DNA of 64,000 bases from Caecitellus pseudoparvulus. Its lineage: Eukaryota > Protista > Bigyra: Bicosoecida. The notes below the pieces were generated by a model. That model worked only from the letters and a program-made list of their open reading frames with translations, was not told the DNA's origin and made no database searches. A program made the position numbers and the translations under genes. Location: positions 248,001 through 312,000 of the forward strand of contig CBFFRQ010000044.1 in NCBI GenBank assembly GCA_965644315.1, written 5' to 3'. Below, piece by piece: positions 1-10,846 of the stretch. Position 1 is the stretch's first letter. The number at the start of each line of letters is the position of its first letter.

Positions 1-3
1 GGC

Positions 4-1965
4 ATGCAACAACAGGAGACCAAGGGGATTCAAAGGCAGTGCAGTTCCAGTGCATGCAGTGCTACTGAGCTGCAACCCGTCCTGCGGGGCGTGGACGTCA
101 GGGCGCTGTCCGGCTTGCGCGGCCTCATGGCTCTGCATGTGGCCGTTTTTCACTTCATGTACTACAGCACGCTGCGGTGGGACCTGCAGGGCTCGCCGCA
201 GATGCCATGGTTTTTCATGTTGTCTGGCTTCACTCTCACTCTCGTGTACGGTCCTCAGCGGGTAGTGTCGGAATGCCCCTGCGGACCGTGGCGGTGTCAC
301 ACCCCGACAAGCCGCTCCACTCCTGACCTCGCCAAAGGCGAGGGCGGCCGCCAGAGCCGTTCCTGCGGCTGCTCATCCGGGGCAGCGTACCGGGCAGACT
401 CTGGTGACGTGGGGCTGGGCTTGGCTGCGTTCTGGCAGAACCGGTGTGCTCGAGTGGCGCCGTTGTACTACCTCATGACTGTGGCCGGCGCAGCAATGGC
501 GGCAGTGGGGCACGGGCTCACTCCACCCACTACGGCAGCACTGGGCTGGGCGGGCGTGGCAAACACCACCTTCACAACCACACTGCTTGTGTTTGCGGCA
601 GGGCTGAACCTGGACGTGCCTGCCTGGACCATTTGCACGTTGGCGGTCATGTGGCTGTTTTTCCCGCGCCTACTTGCACAGGCGCAACGCCAGACCAACG
701 ACAGCTTGGTGAGGAGCATGCTGCGGCACTTCTGGCTGCAGCTAGTGCTGACTGCTGTGGTGTTCGCGGCGGTGTTCTGGCTCCTGCCTGCCCCCTCGGG
801 GCCCTTGCTAGCCTTCCCTGCCGCAACCATGCACCCGTTGCTTCGCCTGCCACTTTTCTTCATGGGCATTGTCGCTGGCGTGCTGCGGCTGCGGTATGTG
901 CATGGGGCATCTGCCTGGCTGCGGTGCTCGTGCTTTAGCTGTGTGCGGTGCAGGGACGGCGCCGCTTTTGCGCCGGGGTGTGTGTCCCCCGTCGTACAGC
1001 GGTGCAGCTCAGGCGACGCGGAAACTGATGGTCACGCCTGGGCATCTGTGGTGGACGGCCACAGCGCACTGATGGCGCTGGCCTTCCTCGTCCCCATCCT
1101 GGCCAACATAATTTCAGGCGAAGAAACTCACGCCAATGTGTGGCTGCAAGCCCTTGTCCCGCTCAGCCAGCTGTCAGTGCTGTTTGCGCTGACGCTGGAC
1201 GACGGCAGGTCGTGGCTTGGCTGGCTTCTGCGCAGCCCGCCCGCCCAAGCCCTGGGCAACATTTCCCTTGCTCTGTACCTGTGCCACTTCCCAGTCATGA
1301 ACGCCACCACCTTCATCCTGGCTGGGCCCGTCACGTGGCACAGGGGCGTGCTGAACTGCCAGGGCGAGTTCGCAGGGCAGCCGGCGCAGCTGGCTGACTG
1401 CGAGAAACGCACCGAGCAGTGGTTTCAAGCCAAGCTGCTGCCTGCGTGGGCCATCGCACCCTGTCTTGGCGCAGCACTGCTCCTGGCTTACTTCCTGCAC
1501 GTGGCAGTGGAGGCACCACTGCGGCACACGTGCAGGGCGCGGGGCAGCGTCCTGCCACCTTCCGATCCGACCCGGCCGCCGATTTTCGTCGCAGCTACCG
1601 GCGGCAGTGGTGACACGCCTGGCCCATCCACTTCGAAGCCAACGAAACCCAACACGCTCGGCAGCGAATCCCGCCCTTCAAAGGTCTCAGCACACCCCCA
1701 GCGCATACTCAGCGTCGATGACAGTGCCGTGCTGGGTGCCAAGGGTGGGCAGTTTGGGACAAAGTTTGAAGGGGCAGGGGAGGCAAAGCAGGGGGAGCAG
1801 CCCAGTGAGCGCATGTTGCCTGGAATGGTGTCCCCTTCTGCTATCATGTGTGCCGACGGCGACACACCGAAGCCAACGGTGTGCATGGGGCAGAGGGCGG
1901 AGCGCAGTGGCTCGGGCGGCCTGCACACGGTCTCGGGCAGGCCCGCCTCGTCCTCCCTTGTGTGA
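4..1965 (+). CDS. Acyltransferase-3 (OafA/YrhL-like) multi-pass membrane O-acyltransferase, paralog 1
   Basis: 653-aa intronless ORF with AT3 motifs LSGLRGLMALHVAVFH, FFMLSGFTL, NRCARVAPLYY, WTICT, FFMG and LGNISLALYLCHFP. About 10 hydrophobic segments. The ATG is at the window edge, so an upstream exon cannot be excluded. Confidence 0.85.
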   Translation: MQQQETKGIQRQCSSSACSATELQPVLRGVDVRALSGLRGLMALHVAVFHFMYYSTLRWDLQGSPQMPWFFMLSGFTLTLVYGPQRVVSECPCGPWRCHTPTSRSTPDLAKGEGGRQSRSCGCSSGAAYRADSGDVGLGLAAFWQNRCARVAPLYYLMTVAGAAMAAVGHGLTPPTTAALGWAGVANTTFTTTLLVFAAGLNLDVPAWTICTLAVMWLFFPRLLAQAQRQTNDSLVRSMLRHFWLQLVLTAVVFAAVFWLLPAPSGPLLAFPAATMHPLLRLPLFFMGIVAGVLRLRYVHGASAWLRCSCFSCVRCRDGAAFAPGCVSPVVQRCSSGDAETDGHAWASVVDGHSALMALAFLVPILANIISGEETHANVWLQALVPLSQLSVLFALTLDDGRSWLGWLLRSPPAQALGNISLALYLCHFPVMNATTFILAGPVTWHRGVLNCQGEFAGQPAQLADCEKRTEQWFQAKLLPAWAIAPCLGAALLLAYFLHVAVEAPLRHTCRARGSVLPPSDPTRPPIFVAATGGSGDTPGPSTSKPTKPNTLGSESRPSKVSAHPQRILSVDDSAVLGAKGGQFGTKFEGAGEAKQGEQPSERMLPGMVSPSAIMCADGDTPKPTVCMGQRAERSGSGGLHTVSGRPASSSLV

Positions 1966-2148
1966 CATGCTGTGAGATGGCATTCGCCCCATCGCAGCCA
2001 AATTCATGTACTTCGCGCAGTCCTACCAGGGCACCCACAAGTCCCGTGAAGGTGCTGTGTGTGCCGGCTGCAGGCTGCACCAACGTGGCTGCCGTGCGGA
2101 AATTGGCTGTGCAAAACACGCTCCGCCGTGCGTTGTGTCCCTGTCGAC

Positions 2149-3771
2149 ATGCTCCCCGCCGCAAGCACCCCGCAGGGGCCAGAACACGAAAGTACTAATC
2201 GGCACCTTATTTCAGCCTCGGCTGTGCCTGACTCGCCCGTGGCAGGCACAGCGTCCCCGGGCCGTGTGGATCTGACTGCCCACACTGGCTTACGAGGTTT
2301 GTTGGCGGTGTACGTCGTCGTCTTCCACCTGTGCATGTTCGGGCCGCTGCAGTGGGACCTGCAGGGCTCTGCAATCATGCCTTTCTTCTTCTTGCTCTCT
2401 GGTTTCAGTCTCGCTGTCGTGAACACTGACCCCGACGCGCTGGCTGCCGAGGCGGCACGCAGCGCGCGGCAACGGGCCACATCCCCTCCCCGCCTGGCGC
2501 CCCTGGACTGGCAGACGTTCATGCAGAACCGCTGGGCACGTGTTGGGCCTCTGTACGTGCTGGGGAATGTGGCGGGGTTCGCGCTGACCTTCACGGGGCA
2601 TGGGAGCACGCCGCCTCAGCCAGACACCCTGGGCCCTGCCTCGGCAGTGACTGCTTCATTCACGTCAACCTTGTTTGGTGGCGCCTTTGGATTGCCACTG
2701 GATCCGCCCACGTGGACCATCGCCACGCTACTGGTGCTGTGGGCGGTGTTTCCGCTCGCGCTGCGGTGGTCCCAGAGACTGACGCGGGCAGAACTGGCCA
2801 GAAACATCGTGCTGCTGTACTGGCTGCAAGTGCTGACGATGCTGTGTTTCATTGTCTTCAGTGTGCTCACTGGCCTGGGCCAGCCCTTCATTAACGGCAC
2901 CATGAACCCGCTGTCACGAGTGCCGCTCTTCCTGATGGGAGTGCTTGGTGGCATTCTGCACCTGCACAACGCAGGGGCCGAAAGACACATCTGGCCGACC
3001 CTGCCGTTGTGCTGCACTCGATGCGCTGCGTCTGATGCGAACTCCTGCTGCGGTGATTGCGCTGGGAATGTGGACGCATGGGCAGCCGGCCTTGTGACAG
3101 CCTTCGTTGCCTTCATCATCCCCAACGTGGGCTGGGGGCTGCAGACGGGCGGAGCAGTGTACCTGCAAGCCTTTGCTCCCATGGCTCAGTTGGCGCTGAT
3201 ATCAGCCTTGGCACGGGGAGGGCAGGGCAGGGGGGAAGGCCAGGGTCCCAGAGGCAGGTGTCGGTGCAAGTCACTGCTGAGCAGCGCCCCTGCGCAGTGG
3301 CTCGGCAAGCTGTCGCTCGCCATTTACGTTGTGCACTTTCCCATCATGAACACGTTTACTTGGGCTGTAGCTGGGCAGTTGCCCGTGGACGTGGAGCTGC
3401 GCTGCGAGTCGGCGTTTCAGCCAGGCACGCTGGCAAGGAAACGCTGCGAGGATGCACGGGCAGAGTACTTTGCTGCTCGCGCTCTGCCAGTGTGGGCCAT
3501 TCTCCCCGCCTTTGTTGCTTCACTAGTCCTGGCCTGGACTGTGTACCAGCTTGTGGAAGCGCCGTGCAGAGCGCGGCTGCGGGCAGAAGCCACTCAGCGA
3601 AGTCTGCCAGAGCAGGCGGAGCTCTTCAATGTGCTGCCGACCGTGATGGAGGAGTCCCAAGAGGAATCCGACGGGGTGACATCTGCTTCCGAATCACCCC
3701 ACCTTGGGTCCACAGCTGCTGCAGGCGCACTTGTTGAACTGCCTGCTCTGCCCGCCTCTCGGGGCCCATGA
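2149..3771 (+). CDS. Acyltransferase-3 membrane O-acyltransferase, paralog 2 (tandem duplicate)
   Basis: Motifs HTGLRGLLAVYVVVFH, WDLQGS, FFLLSGFSL, NRWARVGPLY and LGKLSLAIYVVHFP, colinear with paralog 1. First in-frame ATG is at 2149. Confidence 0.85.
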   Translation: MLPAASTPQGPEHESTNRHLISASAVPDSPVAGTASPGRVDLTAHTGLRGLLAVYVVVFHLCMFGPLQWDLQGSAIMPFFFLLSGFSLAVVNTDPDALAAEAARSARQRATSPPRLAPLDWQTFMQNRWARVGPLYVLGNVAGFALTFTGHGSTPPQPDTLGPASAVTASFTSTLFGGAFGLPLDPPTWTIATLLVLWAVFPLALRWSQRLTRAELARNIVLLYWLQVLTMLCFIVFSVLTGLGQPFINGTMNPLSRVPLFLMGVLGGILHLHNAGAERHIWPTLPLCCTRCAASDANSCCGDCAGNVDAWAAGLVTAFVAFIIPNVGWGLQTGGAVYLQAFAPMAQLALISALARGGQGRGEGQGPRGRCRCKSLLSSAPAQWLGKLSLAIYVVHFPIMNTFTWAVAGQLPVDVELRCESAFQPGTLARKRCEDARAEYFAARALPVWAILPAFVASLVLAWTVYQLVEAPCRARLRAEATQRSLPEQAELFNVLPTVMEESQEESDGVTSASESPHLGSTAAAGALVELPALPASRGP

Positions 3772-4323
3772 AGGGTGCGGCGTGGCTGCTCTCAGCTTGC
3801 GCCTTGGCGCTGGCACATCCTTACCGGACACCCTCCGGCCCTCAGTGGACTGGCGTGCATGAATTTATCGATAATTTACACCATTGGTGACCCCGCCACC
3901 TTCTCGCAATGTTGTCGCATGGGTGTGATGTGTGAGTGACGTTGAAGTAGCGCATGTGCAGATTCCTCAAACATCCCAAGCGCTGCTGGGGCTCTGTAGC
4001 CTTGCCCAGGGCAAATGGTCTCGAGCCTGACAGAAAAATACAGCATATGACTCTCGGCATCCTGGTTTGAGCCCCCCGATGCCAGTGCGAAGGCGGGGGG
4101 TTGTGGCGTGGGGTCAAGATGCGGAGACCCGCGCCTCAAAATCCGCAGCGCAGCTCAGCTCACTGACAGCGAGCCGTCACATCCAAATTTCAGCGAGACT
4201 CAGCATCTCTGTTTAAAGCGTTTGAAAATTCAGTCAGCTTGCTCGTATTGAGTCCCCTTCCGAGGACTGTTTCAGACAGCGGGGCTTGACTCTAGGCTTG
4301 AAGTTCACTGCCGCGGCAAAAGC

Positions 4324-5316
4324 ATGCCAAGTACAGCTAGCCAGTTCGCTGGTGCGCCCACCAGAAAGGGTGAAAGCGCGGCTGGTGACTGGACTGTCGA
4401 CCAATTCCGACTTCCTCTCTTCGGGGTTGCCTGCGAGGTCTGGTTTGGTCAAGGAAGCCGCTGCAGTGGCACTTGCCTTGCAGCTGCAAAGGCAACTCTG
4501 GTCATTGACATCCCCCCCCGTGCAGCAGCGCTTCCTCAGCCTGTGGAGCTGAAGCCGCTTCCGACATGCACAGTGGAGCGATGCATGGCGTGCGACTGCT
4601 GGGCACGCCAGCGCTCAGGGCATGCCAACCCTACGCCGAGTCACATGCCTCCGCACCGCCCCGTACCACTTCGGGCAAAGCCCCCCGCGGGGTACAGAGG
4701 AGTGTGTGCAGCGCCAGACACCGCAACTATTTCCGGGCTTGTGTGCAGAACACAACCACGTTTTGGCCATGCGGCTGTGTGCGTTGTCCGAGGTGCGAAT
4801 GGGCCGGAATACCCCCCACCAACTACAAGCAGCGTTTCTTGGAACAGTTCATCTCGCTTTCGTGCGGCACACCCTGAGGCAGGTATGCCGCTGCTCTCCG
4901 CGAGCCCTTCTCTTCTTAATCAAGAGGCGCCTTGTGCACGAGTGGCATGCAAGTCGGGACGAGCGGGCCATGCCTGCCAGAGCCCAGCCTCAACATTGGT
5001 TGTCCCACCCTGCCGGCAGGGGCCAAGGTGGGTGAACCCTTCTTACACCAACTGGCTACGGGGCGCGGGCCCGGCGCAACACCCAAAGGAGCTCGACTCG
5101 CACTTTCAGCAGGTCTTGTACGTTGGAAGTGCAGGACACGGACCAGAGATGCCGTATGAGGTGGGCAGGCCTGCTGTCGGCGGCGTGGCAGCCCCAGGGG
5201 CTTTCTCCATTGCAGCACTGGGATGGAGTCCTACTCGAAAACGTGCGCGAAGTGCATCCAGCGCCGTGGGAGTTGCAAGCCCCAAAGCAGCTCGCGTTTG
5301 TGCTTGCTGCTGCTGA
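4324..5316 (+). CDS. Hypothetical protein (orphan, Pro/Cys/Ala-rich, ends CACCC)
   Basis: 330-codon ATG-started ORF filling an otherwise empty 2-kb gap. No recognisable domain. Confidence 0.35.
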   Translation: MPSTASQFAGAPTRKGESAAGDWTVDQFRLPLFGVACEVWFGQGSRCSGTCLAAAKATLVIDIPPRAAALPQPVELKPLPTCTVERCMACDCWARQRSGHANPTPSHMPPHRPVPLRAKPPAGYRGVCAAPDTATISGLVCRTQPRFGHAAVCVVRGANGPEYPPPTTSSVSWNSSSRFRAAHPEAGMPLLSASPSLLNQEAPCARVACKSGRAGHACQSPASTLVVPPCRQGPRWVNPSYTNWLRGAGPAQHPKELDSHFQQVLYVGSAGHGPEMPYEVGRPAVGGVAAPGAFSIAALGWSPTRKRARSASSAVGVASPKAARVCACCC

Positions 5317-5772
5317 AGTATGACAAGGAATGCGGGCGGGGGCATTGGCCCCATGGCAAACGTAAGCGCCCAGCCCAGCTGAGGGGGGTATAGTCAGAAC
5401 ACCAACACCAACTTGATGATACTATAAAATGAATGGTGTAGCTTCGCGGCACTGCGTAGGCATAATCAGCGCCTGTGCTCGCCGCCGGCACAAGATCCAG
5501 CTGTGGCGCCGAGCAAGGCAGACTTCAGGCCCACTTTCCAACCCCACCGTACACAATATCCCAGCAGTTCAGCGACTACAACCTGCTGACCGTGTGCATT
5601 GTGCCAGGCAGTGCTGTGTACGGCACCGCGACGTCGCATGTGCGTTTCAGCGTTTCGCTGCAGCTGCACGCTTTGCGTGCGGGATTCTGCAAGGCTCCGT
5701 GCCCCGCAGCGAAACACACCCCGCCCACTTGCCACAGAAACGACCAAGTAGCACCTCCTCGGCCTTTCAACC

Positions 5773-7883
5773 ATGCCTATCGACATCAATTGGCTCCGGG
5801 ACTACAAGGGAGGCGACCCTGGTGAGCTCGTTCTTGCAGCTCGCTGCCTTCTGTGAAAGCTGTGCACGTTCCGTGCGTCCACGGCTCCTTGGCATGTGCA
5901 GAGAAGTGGCGCCAATCCCAGGCGAAGCGCTTTGAAGGACCTGAGACTGTGGACGCAGTGGTGGCCAAGGATGAGGTGTGTGGCTGGTGCGGGGAGGGAG
6001 GGTGTTGTGCCTGGTGTGCGCTCAATTTCCGCACCATGCTCTCCTGCAGGAATGGCGCGCCATCACCTTGGAGTACGAGGGCAAGCTGCAGCAGGCTGGC
6101 GTCGTACAGAAGGAGGTGTGTACAGCCATGTCTACGCCCAGGTGATGAAGCGTGCTCTCAGCCACGTCGCCCTTTCAACCTTGACGTGCAGATCACCAAG
6201 CGCAAGAAGGCCAAGGAGGATGCCGCCGACCTCATCACCTCCCTGAAGGAGCTCAAGGCAGCTGTGCCCGCCCTGAAGGCCCGCCGAGCTGAGATCGAGG
6301 CTGAGCGCGCCGTCCTGCTGCGCTGTGTGGGCAACATGGTGCACGAGTCTGTGGTGGTGAGCAAGGACGAGGCGCTGAACGAGGTGGTGTCGGAGTGGGG
6401 AGTCAAGGGGCGGCCCGCAGGCATGCCCGCTGACGCGGAGGTGCTGCACCACCACGAGCTGCTGGCCATGATCGGAGGGTATGAGCCTGAGCGCGGGGCG
6501 GCCGTGGCCGGCCACCGTGGCTACTTCTTGCGCGGCCCCGGTGTAATGCTGAACATGGCGTTGCAGGCTTACGGCGCTGCGTTTCTGCGCGCACGCGGGT
6601 ATGATCCGGTGCAGCCCCCCTTTTTCATGAAGAAGGACGTCATGGGCGGTGTCGCGCAGCTGGATGACTTCGACGAGCAGCTGTACAAGGTGTCCAAGGA
6701 CGCCCCTGCCGCAGCGGCAGCAGGCAGCGGCGGCGCAGCTGACCCCGACGCCGATGTCAAGTTCCTGATCGCGACGTCTGAGCAGCCCATCTGTGCCATG
6801 CACCAAGGCGAGCACTTCGCCCCTGCTGACCTGCCCATCAAGTACGCCGGCATTTCCACGTGCTTCCGCAAGGAGGCCGGCAAGCACGGCAAGGACGTGT
6901 GGGGCATTTTCCGCGTGCACCAGTTCGACAAGGTGGAGCAGTTCGTCATCTGCGAGCCAGACAAGAGCTGGGAAGAACACGAGCGCATGCGCCAGACGGC
7001 AGAGGAGTTCTACCAGAGCCTGGGCATCCCTTACAACGTCGTGAACATCGTTTCGGGCGAGTTGAATTCCGCCGCGGCGAAGAAGTACGACTTGGAGGGC
7101 TGGTTCCCAGGCTACGGCGAGCACAAGGAGCTGGTGTCTGCCTCCAACTGCACTGACTACCAGTCCCGTGCCATGGAAATCCGCTTGGGCCACGCCAAGG
7201 ACGCGCAGGGCAACAAGACGTACGTGCACATGCTGAACGCGACGTTGTGTGCGTGCACCCGCACAATCTGTGCGTTGCTGGAGAACGGCCAGACGCCAGA
7301 GGGCATCAACATCCCCGAGCCCCTGGTGCCGTTCTGCGGTGGTGTCACATTCTTGCCCTTCGTGAAGAAGCGCCCTCCCCCCCCCAAGGAGCAGACTAAG
7401 GGTGGCAAGGGTGGCAAGGGTGGCAAGGGCGGCAAGGGCGGCAAGGGCGGCAAGAAGAAGGCTGCTGGCGGCGAGAAGAAGGCCGCCCCTGCCCCTGCTC
7501 CACCTGCCGCTGGTGCGCCTGGCACCGAGGCAGCCCCTTCAGCGACCAGCGCCACTGCGCCGCAAGTGCCGGCAGGGTCGGCTCTGCCAGCGGAAGCGCG
7601 CCCATCTCTCAGCACCATTGACGGGCTGAAGGCCTTGGATGGTCTGCTGGCCAACACGGCGTACGTGGACGGCTTCAACCCCACAGCTGAGGACGCTGTT
7701 GTGTTTGAGCTGCTGAACGCGGAGCTTGGCGGCACGGCACCCTATGAGCGCTCATACCCCCACATGGCACGGTGGTGGGCCACGATGCAGGCACAGACCG
7801 CCGCGGAGCGTGCTGCGTGGCCGGCCACAGCCAAGCAGTTGGCCGCAGGCACCCCCACGGAGTCCCTCCTGTTCAAGGCGTGA
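5773..7883 (+). CDS. SARS1: Cytosolic seryl-tRNA synthetase with C-terminal eEF1B/GST-like domain. Exons 5773-5821, 5902-5975, 6050-6115, 6192-7883
   Basis: Spliced N-terminus MPIDINWLRDYKGGDPEKWRQSQAKRF. Class II motifs LIATSEQP, CFRKEAG..GIFRVHQFDKVEQF, KYDLEGWFP, ELVSASNCTDYQSR and HMLNATL. Three GT-AG introns keep the frame. Confidence 0.95.
7401..7454 (+). repeat. Coding 9-bp tandem repeat, (GGK)x6 linker in SerRS
   Basis: ggtggcaag/ggcggcaag repeated six times in frame. Confidence 0.85.
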
Positions 7884-7903
7884 TGCCGCCGCACGTTCGC
7901 AGG

Positions 7904-7911
7904 AATGCATT
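7904..7911. terminator. AATGCATT palindrome, candidate bidirectional 3'-end signal (SerRS / ATP-grasp)
   Basis: Lies in the 34-nt gap between convergent stop codons. The motif recurs after most genes in the window. Confidence 0.45.
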
Positions 7912-7917
7912 GCAGGA

Positions 7918-9994
7918 TCACACGCGGATCTCATCCAGCAGGCTGGCATCGTCGTTGAGGGAGCCGAAGAGCTCCAAGTTGAACTTACCGCCAGTGGACA
8001 ACATCTTGCACATGCGGTCGATGGCAGTGGCGGCCATGACGGTTTGCAGGAACGCCTCGATGAGCTGGTCCACGCCAATGCCCAGGGTGGAGAAGTCCTT
8101 GCGGTCAGCCAGCAGCAGGCGCTCTGCCTCGGTGGTCCAGGTCAGGTCACCGGTCAGCTTGGACAGGTTGGTGCCCAGCATGCCCCAGGAAAACACCTCC
8201 CCGCCCACTTCGTCCTTGAGCGGGTCGCGCGCGCGGCGGGCATAGGCGGCCACCGGGCGCCACCCCGTTCCCGTGTAGCTCACCATCATGCGCATGTCAG
8301 CGACGAAAATGTCACCCTTGCGGTTGGGCAGGGTGCCGACGTGGTACAGGCGGCCTTCCCGCGCATCCACGCTGCCCCACGCGGCGTTTCCGATGAGCGC
8401 CTGCACGATGAACTTGTCGTAGTGGAACTCCGTCGCCATGAACTCGTCCAGCTCCTTCTTGGAGAGAATGGTGAACACACCCTGCCCTGCGTTGGAGTAG
8501 GGCACCTTGATGACGCCCGTGCCGCCGAGGGACTTGATGGCGAAGGGCACGGCCTCCTTCTGCACGTCGTGCAGGGTGGTGGGCGTCGTGATGCGCAGGT
8601 GAGAGCCCTTGGCCTCCATCTGCCCGTTGAAGTAGTCGTACGCCTTGCTGGCCATGAGCTTGTTGCGGCCACCAGCCAGGCAGGGCAGGATGGGGTTCAG
8701 GATGCGCGTGCGGGTGTGGATGGGGATGCGCGTCCAGGGGCGCTGGGTGACGTATCGGAACGCCGCACGCACTGGCAGCCACACATGCCCCGGCAGATCC
8801 AGGCTGGCAGCCGGCACCTCCACGCGCTCAGCGCCAGTGGCCTCGGCAGCGCCTGACGCAGACGCCTCTGCGTCTTGAGGAGGCAGGAAGGCCCCCGCAG
8901 GCGCTGTGGCGGAGCGCCTCTCAGTGTGGGGGGCGTCGGCGGGAATGTCTTCCTCCTTCACCCGCACCCACGCCACACGCTCCTCATCGAACACAACGGG
9001 GGGCTTGCTGTCCGTCAGGTAGAACTCGGCCATGTACACGGGCTCGCCGGCCACCTCGGACATGACGCTGGCGTACCCACTGGCCTCCATGACGTTCTTG
9101 TCATAGATGACTGCCAACACGCCCTCCACTGGGTCGCTGAGCTCGCACGAGGGCTCCTTGGGAGCGGCAGCCTCAGCGCCAGCCGAGCCGGGCGCTGCAG
9201 GCTCCTTCATGAGGTCTGCGAAGGTGGTCTCGATGAGGCGGCGGTAGCCACCGTCCTCCTCTGTCTCGCGAAGCAGGGGGAAGGACTTTTGCCCACTGGG
9301 ACAGCTGTTGGTCTCGATCACCACCACCTTGGCCTTGCCCTCCATGGTGGAGCACATGAAGGTGTCGCAGCCAGCCCAGCGGAAGAATTCTGTGGGGAGG
9401 GGTGGGCTAGCGCGCGGTGAGTGCGTGGCGCGGCAAGGAAGGCGGCAGCCGTGAGCAGAACCACAGCGGGCCTTCGCTGCGCAGATGGCTTCGACTCACT
9501 GGGCTTGTACGCGAGCAGCGTCTCCAGCTCCTCCTTGGTCACAGAGGGGTGCATGTGCGTGTATCGCTTGATGAGTTGCGCCTGTACAGGGGGCAGAGGG
9601 AGGCGCCGTGGCGAGCTAGTGGCGCCTTGCGAAGGGGGCGTCGCTCGGAGCAACTTCGATTTCCGCGCCGGCAGCCACAGAATCCTGGCCTGGCGGCAAA
9701 CCCGCCGAGTGCCCAGGCATACAGACATGTCACGCACCGGCTTCATGTTGAAGAAAGTCGCCACCATGGGGTGGATGGCTGCGTTCAGCACTCTGTGCAG
9801 GGTGGCGGGAGCTTGATGCAGCGCCTGATGCAGCAAGCGCCACCACGCCGATGCTGGTGATTGCAAGGGCTCCCCACGCACCGAGGGTAGAAGTGCTGCT
9901 CTGGCTCAAAGCCATCTTCGGGCTTGATGACCTTGGTGCTGCCAGACTTGGACTTGATTGCGGCAGTGCCGACGACGCTTGCTGCAGCAGCCAT
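7918..9994 (-). CDS. Circularly permuted ATP-grasp ligase-like protein (573 aa). Exons 9994-9882, 9792-9738, 9581-9500, 9389-7918
   Basis: Spliced length 1722 nt is in frame. ATP-grasp motifs VIKVPYSNAGQGV, FIVQALI, DMRMMV and TNL are present. The RimK-like AGxD...ExNxxP element (WAGCD...VIETNSCPSG) lies N-terminal to them. Confidence 0.8.
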
Positions 9995-10846
9995 TTCGAA
10001 GGGAGCTTGGCGGGCTGTCGTTCTGCGGCTGCACTTGCGAAGGCAAGCGTAGACCTGACCTGCGGACGGAGGCGGAGCAAAGAGTGCACTCAAGTGAAGC
10101 ATTGTGGTACATGCAACATTTGGGGCGCGTGGGTTGGGCCACAGCGCTGCTATAGCAGCACGCGTGCGGCCTAGGTACTTGTCGGCAGCGTTGGTACAGC
10201 ACATGCCAAGCAAGCCTGACGCGTTGCGCTGCGGGGGACTCACGAGTTTGGGAAGGAAAGAACGAAGTTGTTCTGGATGAAAGGGGCGGGTGCAGCACGC
10301 AGATGTGGCGGGAGAATTGGTTTTGCGCCGGGAGGAGGAAAGATCAAGTAGTCCCCTCTGCCGGCGTGGTGGCCCCCTCCACCCACACCTTCGTGCACCC
10401 CTCCGCCTTTGAACTCAGAAAAGCGGCCTCTGCGCGCCAGCCTCGCGGACACAGGGCGGTACTTGGATCGACTTTTCAATGTTTAGCGACGTGAACGACC
10501 TTGGGGTGCCCATGGGGCAGCGCCTGCTCCGTGGTGGCGGCTTGGGTGGTGGCAGGTGTCGTCTTCGCAGGCAGGCTTGGGTTAGCGAAGAGAGGATCCA
10601 TGCAGGGATCCTCGCTGCAGAGTGGAAGTCTGAGCACTTTCAACAACCCTCCAACACACAACACCCCACCATTTACACATTGGACCAAAAGCCCCTTGCT
10701 GCATCTCCCCACACTTGCTGCCAGGCGCGCCGAGGAAAGTCTGCTTCTCTTCGCTGCGCCTCAAGCCCACAGGACCGTGCTTGCACTGCACCGGGCTTCG
10801 CCAGCCTGCAGCTGAGTAGCACTCACCAACGAGAACAAACACCACA
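9995..10846. promoter_or_regulatory. Putative bidirectional promoter shared by the ATP-grasp and SPX-M14 genes
   Basis: 852-bp gap between divergent start codons with no convincing ORF. Inferred from geometry only. Confidence 0.5.

Noticed and set aside
4072-4100. Inverted repeat ccccccg...cgggggg
   Set aside because: Short homopolymer stem, likely chance in GC-rich DNA. No tRNA or known ncRNA features.
7401-7454. Tandem repeat considered as a CRISPR-like or mobile-element repeat
   Set aside because: In-frame 9-bp coding repeat without spacers. No cas or transposase genes in the window.
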